The notes under the pieces are model-generated. The model worked only from the letters and a program-made list of their open reading frames with translations, had not been told where the DNA came from and searched no databases. DNA of 64,000 nt from Ignavibacteriales bacterium. Its GTDB lineage: Bacteria; Bacteroidota; Ignavibacteria; UBA10030; SZUA-254. This document shows, one piece after another, positions 58,934-64,000 of the stretch (its first letter is position 1; the number at the start of each line of letters is the position of its first letter). The translations under genes and the position numbers were made by a program. The DNA is taken from the NCBI GenBank assembly GCA_016214905.1, contig JACRMQ010000006.1, positions 321,008 through 385,007 of the forward strand, in the 5' to 3' direction.

Positions 58934-60163
58934 ATGAAAGCGGTTATTAAGCCAAAGCCACAAATGTATCAGGCGTGGCAAAAAGGTTTTCAGCTTGTTG
59001 AGCGCGAAATCCCTGTCGTTAAAAATTCAAATGATATTCAATTTAAAGTTGTCGCTGCCGGCATATGCGGCACTGATGTTGGAATTTATAATTCAAAAGA
59101 TTCACTCAAGAACAGCATGGCGAATATTTCACCGGAAGGTGTAACGATTGGTCATGAATTTTGCGGAAGGATTACCGATGCCGGAGTGAAAGCGAAACTG
59201 CGACTGGCTGATCAGGTGATTCAAAAATCAAAAGAGTACAAAGAAATTAAAAAGTTCGTGAAGAACCGGTCGGCAGCGCAAGTGGCGAAAGATAAAACGT
59301 TCATCGACTATCTGAACAAAAATTTCATCGCAACCGCAGAGATGCACATAACCTGCGGCGAATGCGCTCAATGTAAGCTTGGCGATTATCATGTATGCAC
59401 GAAGACGGTAATTCGTGGATTGCACGGTGATGGATCGTATGCTGAATACATAGTGCTTCCTGCCGAGAATATTTTAATTTTCAAAAATGGTGAAATCCCT
59501 GAAGAGATTGTAGGATTCATGGATGCGATCGGGAACGCGGCACATACGGTACAAGTTCTCAAATCGATTGAAGGCAAAACAGTTGCTGTGCTGGGACTCG
59601 GAGTAATAGGTTTAATGTCGGTTGCGATTGCAAAAGGTGCGGGTGCGAAAAGAATTCTTGTAACCGATGCATCGCACGGTGAAAATACACATGAGAAATT
59701 AGAAGCTCTCAAATTTAAGATGGCTCGCTCGCTTGGGGCTGATGAATGTTTCGATGTTTCAATCCCGGAAGAGAAAAAAGAATTTTATAAAGTTGCCAAA
59801 GAGCAGAATCATGGCGCAGGTGTTGATGCCGTGCTTGAAATGTCCGGAAGCTATCATGCATACGACGATGCTTTCAATGTTGTCAGAATGGGCGGAGAGA
59901 TCGCTCTACTAGGTTTAACCAGCGGAACGCTCCCTGTAGATTTCTCCAAGCATGTAATCTTTCCCGGTATCACAATTCACGGAGTTATAGGTAGGCGAGT
60001 TTGGTCGACCTGGGATATTATGACTGATATACTTAAGAAAGGTCTGGCCAAGCGGTTCATGAAAGCCGGTTTCGTAACTCATCAAGTCCCGTTAGTCGAT
60101 TACGATAAAGGTTTTCAAGCTATTATCAATGGAGATGCTCTTAAAGTTTTATTACGACCATAG
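58934..60163 (+). CDS. tdh: L-threonine 3-dehydrogenase-like Zn-dependent MDR dehydrogenase carrying a ~60-aa Lys-rich insertion
   Basis: 409 aa. AAGICGTDVGIYN…GHEFCG…HITCGECAQCKLGDYHVC…GLGVIGLMSVAIAKGAGA aligns with E. coli Tdh (AICGTDVHIYNW, GHEY, HITCGHCRNCRGG). The segment DAGVKAKLRLADQVIQKSKEYKEIKKFVKNRSAAQVAKDKTFIDYLNKNFIATAEM has no counterpart in canonical Tdh. Confidence 0.65.
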   Translation: MKAVIKPKPQMYQAWQKGFQLVEREIPVVKNSNDIQFKVVAAGICGTDVGIYNSKDSLKNSMANISPEGVTIGHEFCGRITDAGVKAKLRLADQVIQKSKEYKEIKKFVKNRSAAQVAKDKTFIDYLNKNFIATAEMHITCGECAQCKLGDYHVCTKTVIRGLHGDGSYAEYIVLPAENILIFKNGEIPEEIVGFMDAIGNAAHTVQVLKSIEGKTVAVLGLGVIGLMSVAIAKGAGAKRILVTDASHGENTHEKLEALKFKMARSLGADECFDVSIPEEKKEFYKVAKEQNHGAGVDAVLEMSGSYHAYDDAFNVVRMGGEIALLGLTSGTLPVDFSKHVIFPGITIHGVIGRRVWSTWDIMTDILKKGLAKRFMKAGFVTHQVPLVDYDKGFQAIINGDALKVLLRP

Positions 60164-60295
60164 AATCGGATTATTCGTGATCATCTATGAAGTTTTATCG
60201 CTTTTAGTTATATTGTAGGCACTATCAATGTGCCGCCCACGTTCTTCAAAAATCTCTGTAATTTATTCAAAACTCAAATATTTCTCACTCGCGGG

Positions 60296-60670
60296 ATGAT
60301 AAAAAGTATCGGTATAGATATCGTGGGGATCGAGAAATTTAAGCATGTTGAGAATGATAAGAATTTCTTAGGAGAGATTCTAACCGGACAAGAAATCTCA
60401 TTGATTCGAGACAGTAAAAACAGTACAGCTTATATCGCAAAAATATTCGCTCTAAAAGAAGCTGTAATGAAATCTCTCGGTTGGGGATTGACGTACGGAT
60501 CATACTGGCACGATATCGAGGTGTTGGATGATGGTCAAATTAAGCTGACCGGAATCTTGAAAGTGCAGGCAGAGAAAATGCAGGTGTCAAAGATTCATAG
60601 TTCATATTCAAATTCAAAAAAATATATTACAGCATTTGTACTTCTTGAAGATTATAAGGAGAATTCATGA
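60296..60670 (+). CDS. acpS: Holo-ACP synthase-like 4'-phosphopantetheinyl transferase (AcpS family)
   Basis: MIKSIGIDIVGIEKF…AKIFALKEAVMKSLG matches the AcpS motifs GxDxxE and (F/W)aaKEAxxKalG. The ORF track offers an earlier Met at 60230. Confidence 0.65.
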   Translation: MIKSIGIDIVGIEKFKHVENDKNFLGEILTGQEISLIRDSKNSTAYIAKIFALKEAVMKSLGWGLTYGSYWHDIEVLDDGQIKLTGILKVQAEKMQVSKIHSSYSNSKKYITAFVLLEDYKENS

Positions 60671-62370
60671 GTCATATAGGTTCATACGAAGAAAGATATA
60701 AATCATTTAACTGGAAACAGTCGGAGGAGGAATTAGAGTACGGTAAAAACGGAATGTATAATATTGGTTACTATTGCAGTGACCGAGTTTGCGAAAAGGG
60801 CAATGGTAAAAAATTAGGTTTGATCTGGGAAGGATTCACAGGTGAAGTGAAGAAATATAGTTATGATGACATCCGTGTTTACAGTAATACGATTGCCAAG
60901 TTTTTACAGGATACGGGAGTTAATGTGGGCGACAGAGTTTGCCTCTTCATGGATAAGGTCCCTGAATTGTATATCGGTTTTATTGGAATACTTAAAATGG
61001 GTGGAATTACACAGCCGTTATTTTCTGCATTCGGCGAAGAAGCTTTATTCACTCGTCTTGATGATGCAAAAACAAAAGCTATTATGATTCAAAAGAAACA
61101 TTTACCCAAAGTCAGAAGGATCAAAGATAAACTTCCCAATTTGACAAAAATTATTGTGATCGATGCTGATGAAGCAGCAACGCCGCAAATAAATGAGATT
61201 CATTTCTGGATGGAAAAAGCTCCGAAGGTTGAAAAATTTGATATCGTGAAAGTCGGTCCGGAAGTGCCATCGGTCATTCACTATACGTCGGGGACAACCG
61301 GCAAACCGAAAGGTGCGCAGCATGCTCATTCATCGATTATCGCACAGTACATTACGTCTAAATGGGTTCTCGATTTACAACCGGATGATATTTACTGGTG
61401 CACTGCCGATCCGGGTTGGGTTACAGGAACATCGTACGGAATCATTGGTCCGTGGGCGTTGGGTGTAACTCAGGTTGTACTCGATGCAGGTTTTGGCGCG
61501 GAAAAATGGTATGCGTTTATGCATAAATATAAAGTTTCCATGTGGTACTCGGCGCCGACTGCCATTCGTTTGCTGATGAAAGAAGGAATAGAAGCTGTTA
61601 AGAAATATGATCTTTCAACGTTACGTCATTTGGCAAGCGTGGGTGAGCCGCTGAACGCCGAAGCAGTTGTATGGTCTGAAAAAGCATTCGGAAAAATGTT
61701 TCATGATACTTATTGGCAAACCGAAACCGGCGCGATGATGATTACAAATTACCCGGGAATGAAAATTAAACCGGGTTCAATGGGAAAACCATTCCCCGGT
61801 ATTACGGCAACAGTTCTCAATACAAAAACCTATGAGCCGATCACTTCTGCCGGTATAGTCGGACTCATTGCTATCAAACCGGGTTGGCCCTCAATGATGC
61901 GCTCTTACTGGAATAACAAAACAACATACGATAGTAAGTTCAAAAACGGTTGGTATATTTGCGGTGACCGCGCAAGTATTGATAACGAAGGATACTTTTG
62001 GTTTGTTGGTCGCGATGACGATGTGATTAACACGGCAGGACATTTAGTAGGACCGTTTGAGATCGAATCGGCATTACTTGAACATAAAGCTGTTGCAGAG
62101 TCAGCCGCAGTGGGAAAACCCGATCCTGTAAATATGGAAGTAGTGAAAGCATTCATCGCTCTGAAACCCGGTTTCGATCCGAGTGGAGATATGGAGCTTG
62201 ATATTATGAACTTCATAAGGAAAAAACTTTCTCCATTGGCTATGCCGCAGGAGATCGAGTTTGTCCCGTCGCTTCCTAAGACAAGAAGCGGTAAAATTAT
62301 GCGCCGACTTCTCCGTGCTAAAGAGTGGGGAGAAGAAATCGGAGATACATCAACGTTAGAAAACGACTAA
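60667..62370 (+). CDS. Acetyl-CoA-synthetase-like AMP-forming acyl ligase (short form, 567 aa)
   Basis: AMP-binding motif YTSGTTGKPKG. Acs-like blocks DIYWCTADPGWVTGTSY, YWQTETGAMMIT and LPKTRSGKIMRRLLR…IGDTSTLEND (cf. E. coli Acs LPKTRSGKIMRRILRKIA…LGDTSTLAD). The start overlaps the acpS-like stop by 4 nt. Confidence 0.75.
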   Translation: MSHIGSYEERYKSFNWKQSEEELEYGKNGMYNIGYYCSDRVCEKGNGKKLGLIWEGFTGEVKKYSYDDIRVYSNTIAKFLQDTGVNVGDRVCLFMDKVPELYIGFIGILKMGGITQPLFSAFGEEALFTRLDDAKTKAIMIQKKHLPKVRRIKDKLPNLTKIIVIDADEAATPQINEIHFWMEKAPKVEKFDIVKVGPEVPSVIHYTSGTTGKPKGAQHAHSSIIAQYITSKWVLDLQPDDIYWCTADPGWVTGTSYGIIGPWALGVTQVVLDAGFGAEKWYAFMHKYKVSMWYSAPTAIRLLMKEGIEAVKKYDLSTLRHLASVGEPLNAEAVVWSEKAFGKMFHDTYWQTETGAMMITNYPGMKIKPGSMGKPFPGITATVLNTKTYEPITSAGIVGLIAIKPGWPSMMRSYWNNKTTYDSKFKNGWYICGDRASIDNEGYFWFVGRDDDVINTAGHLVGPFEIESALLEHKAVAESAAVGKPDPVNMEVVKAFIALKPGFDPSGDMELDIMNFIRKKLSPLAMPQEIEFVPSLPKTRSGKIMRRLLRAKEWGEEIGDTSTLEND

Positions 62371-62425
62371 ATAAAATTATCAATAGCTAACTGTCAATTA
62401 TTAATTATCAATTATTGGAGCTACA

Positions 62426-62680
62426 ATGTCTGAAGATATTAAGAAAATGATTATCGATTATATCAAAAAAGAATACCTCGAAGAAGATTCAGGGGTAACA
62501 GTTAATGAAAGTACGAAGCTCATATCAAGCGGAATCGTCGATTCGTTCTCGATGGTTTCGTTGAAAATGTTTTTAGAGAAAAAATTTTCCATTAAAATTC
62601 CTGATGATAAAGCGACACCCGAGGCATTTGATTCTGTGAATAACATAATGAATCTCCTAAAAGAATATACAAAAAGTTAA
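62426..62680 (+). CDS. Acyl carrier protein (stand-alone, non-FAS context)
   Basis: 84 aa, acidic, with a 4-helix pattern. The phosphopantetheine attachment context is LISSGIVDSFSMVSL (DSx). A Shine-Dalgarno-like GGAG lies upstream. Confidence 0.7.
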   Translation: MSEDIKKMIIDYIKKEYLEEDSGVTVNESTKLISSGIVDSFSMVSLKMFLEKKFSIKIPDDKATPEAFDSVNNIMNLLKEYTKS

Positions 62681-62689
62681 GGAGCAATT

Positions 62690-63937
62690 ATGGCATATAG
62701 TGAAAAAGCAAAATCGTTTTACGATGATACTTTGAAAAATATCCGTCAGGACGGATTATTTAAAGAAGAGAGATTTATAGAATCACCTCAGGCAGCTAAT
62801 ATTAAAGTTGAGTTTCCACTCGGTGCACAGCAGAAACAAGTATTGAATTTCTGTGCGAATAATTATCTCGGCTTGTCGAGTCATCCTGAAGTTGTAAAAG
62901 CCGCGCATGATGGGCTTGATTCTCGCGGCTACGGTATGTCATCTGTGCGTTTTATCTGCGGAACGCAGGATATTCATCATGAATTAGAAGATAAATTGAC
63001 AAAGTTCCTGGGCACAGAAGATACAATTTTATTTCCATCATGCATGGAAGCAAACGCCGCAATATTTGAAGTGATGCTTGATAAAGAAGACGCTATGATT
63101 TCTGATCGGCTCGTTCACGCTTCGATTGTTGACGGTATGCGTCTGAGCAAAGCGCAACTTTTCAATTACAAGCACAACAACATGGCTCATCTTGAAGAGA
63201 AACTTCAGGAAACTCAGAACTGTCGCTTTCGACTCATCATCACTGATGGCGTGTTTTCAATGGATGGAGATCTTGCAAAGCTCGATGAAATTTGTAACCT
63301 TGCAGAAAAATATGATGCGATGGTTATGGTGGATGATTCACACGCCTCAGGATTCATCGGAAAAACAGGCCGTGGTACGCACGAACATTTTAATGTCATG
63401 GGTCGCGTTGATGTAATTACAACAACACTCGGTAAAGCGCTCGGTGGTGCTACGGGCGGTTGTGTTAGTGGACGAAAAGGTATTGTTGATCTATGCCGTC
63501 AACGTGCCCGACCATATTTATTTTCAAATACAGTCCCGCCGGTTGTTGTTGCTGCCTCGATAAAAGTAATTGATTTAATTTCAGACACAACTGAACGACG
63601 GGATAAGCTTGAACGAAATACAAAATATTTCCGTGAGAAGATGACCAAGGCAGGACTAGACATCAAAGAAGGAGAAACACCGATTGTACCGGTTATGTTA
63701 TACAATGCGAAACTTGCCCAGGACGTAGCCCGCGATATGTATACAGAAGGAATTTATGTTATCGGTTTCTTCTTCCCTGTGGTAGCACAAGGGCAGGCAC
63801 GAATCCGAACGCAGATTTCTGCCGATCATGAGATCGAGCATATAGATAAAGCTGTTGCAGCATTTACAAAAGTCGGAGCAAAGTATAATATCCTCGGTAA
63901 GAAGCGCGATGAAATAATCGCGATGTATGGTATGTAA
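62690..63937 (+). CDS. kbl: 2-amino-3-ketobutyrate CoA ligase (glycine C-acetyltransferase) family alpha-oxoamine synthase
   Basis: 415 aa, near-collinear with E. coli Kbl. Matching blocks are GLFKEERFI, LNFCANNYLGLSSHP, SVRFICGTQDIHHELE, VDDSHASGFIG, PLP-Lys TTTLGKALGG, RPYLFSN and RIRTQISADH. Confidence 0.85.
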   Translation: MAYSEKAKSFYDDTLKNIRQDGLFKEERFIESPQAANIKVEFPLGAQQKQVLNFCANNYLGLSSHPEVVKAAHDGLDSRGYGMSSVRFICGTQDIHHELEDKLTKFLGTEDTILFPSCMEANAAIFEVMLDKEDAMISDRLVHASIVDGMRLSKAQLFNYKHNNMAHLEEKLQETQNCRFRLIITDGVFSMDGDLAKLDEICNLAEKYDAMVMVDDSHASGFIGKTGRGTHEHFNVMGRVDVITTTLGKALGGATGGCVSGRKGIVDLCRQRARPYLFSNTVPPVVVAASIKVIDLISDTTERRDKLERNTKYFREKMTKAGLDIKEGETPIVPVMLYNAKLAQDVARDMYTEGIYVIGFFFPVVAQGQARIRTQISADHEIEHIDKAVAAFTKVGAKYNILGKKRDEIIAMYGM

Positions 63938-63944
63938 GAATTAA

Positions 63945-63990
63945 TTTCGAAATCCTAATTCAGAAATTTTAAAATTTTAGGATTTGTCAG
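63945..63990 (+). terminator. Possible terminator hairpin after kbl
   Basis: AAATCCTAA-(18 nt)-TTAGGATTT, a 9-bp AT-rich stem followed by a weak T-run. Confidence 0.3.
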
Positions 63991-64000
63991 CCAGAGGCTG

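Noticed and set aside
58934-63937. Interpretation of the Kbl-like gene as a serine palmitoyltransferase of a sphingolipid cluster
   Set aside because: The protein is near-collinear with E. coli Kbl (SVRFICGTQD, RPYLFSN, RIRTQISADH) rather than with SPT. The adjacent ligase is Acs-like, so short-chain and not a long-chain acyl-ACP synthetase. A short-chain aminoketone pathway is the more defensible reading.

Overview
This 64 kb window is ~40% GC chromosomal sequence from a Gram-negative FCB-group bacterium (Bacteroidota or Ignavibacteriota-like). Five proteins carry type IX secretion C-terminal sorting domains, and LPS/Kdo (kdsA-kdsC-kdsD-lptC-lptA-lptB) and lolA genes are present. Coding density is high.

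Housekeeping genes include ispE, purE, pepT, an RNase E/G homologue (rng), tal, gcvT, ftsK, lolA, holA, rpmE and rsmB. There is one recognisable ncRNA, a 4.5S-type SRP RNA at 38931-39034 (+).

Four accessory or unusual loci stand out:
- 5.9-14.4 kb: a cluster of T9SS cargo proteins. It includes a 1256-aa protein built from five copies of an unrecognised ~170-aa repeat module plus an Ig-like domain, a tail-fibre-like protein with three tandem 86-aa repeats, and two small CTD proteins that share a duplicated 39-bp terminator.
- 35.8-38.8 kb: a compact three-gene module of TPR outer-membrane barrel, processive GT2 synthase (QxxRW, NfrB/PgaC-like) and a stand-alone receiver domain. This looks like a synthase-dependent exopolysaccharide secretion system.
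- 39.0-41.4 kb: three overlapping minor-pilin-like genes (PilV/W/X-like) without canonical prepilin cleavage motifs.
- 58.9-63.9 kb: a Thr-dehydrogenase/Kbl pair split by an AcpS-like PPTase, an acetyl-CoA-synthetase-like AMP ligase and an acyl carrier protein. This is an undescribed arrangement that suggests a carrier-protein-dependent aminoketone pathway.

A 10-copy 21-bp dyad-containing tandem array lies in an 870-bp intergenic region at 53.05-53.25 kb. No CRISPR arrays, tRNAs, rRNAs or clear mobile elements were found.
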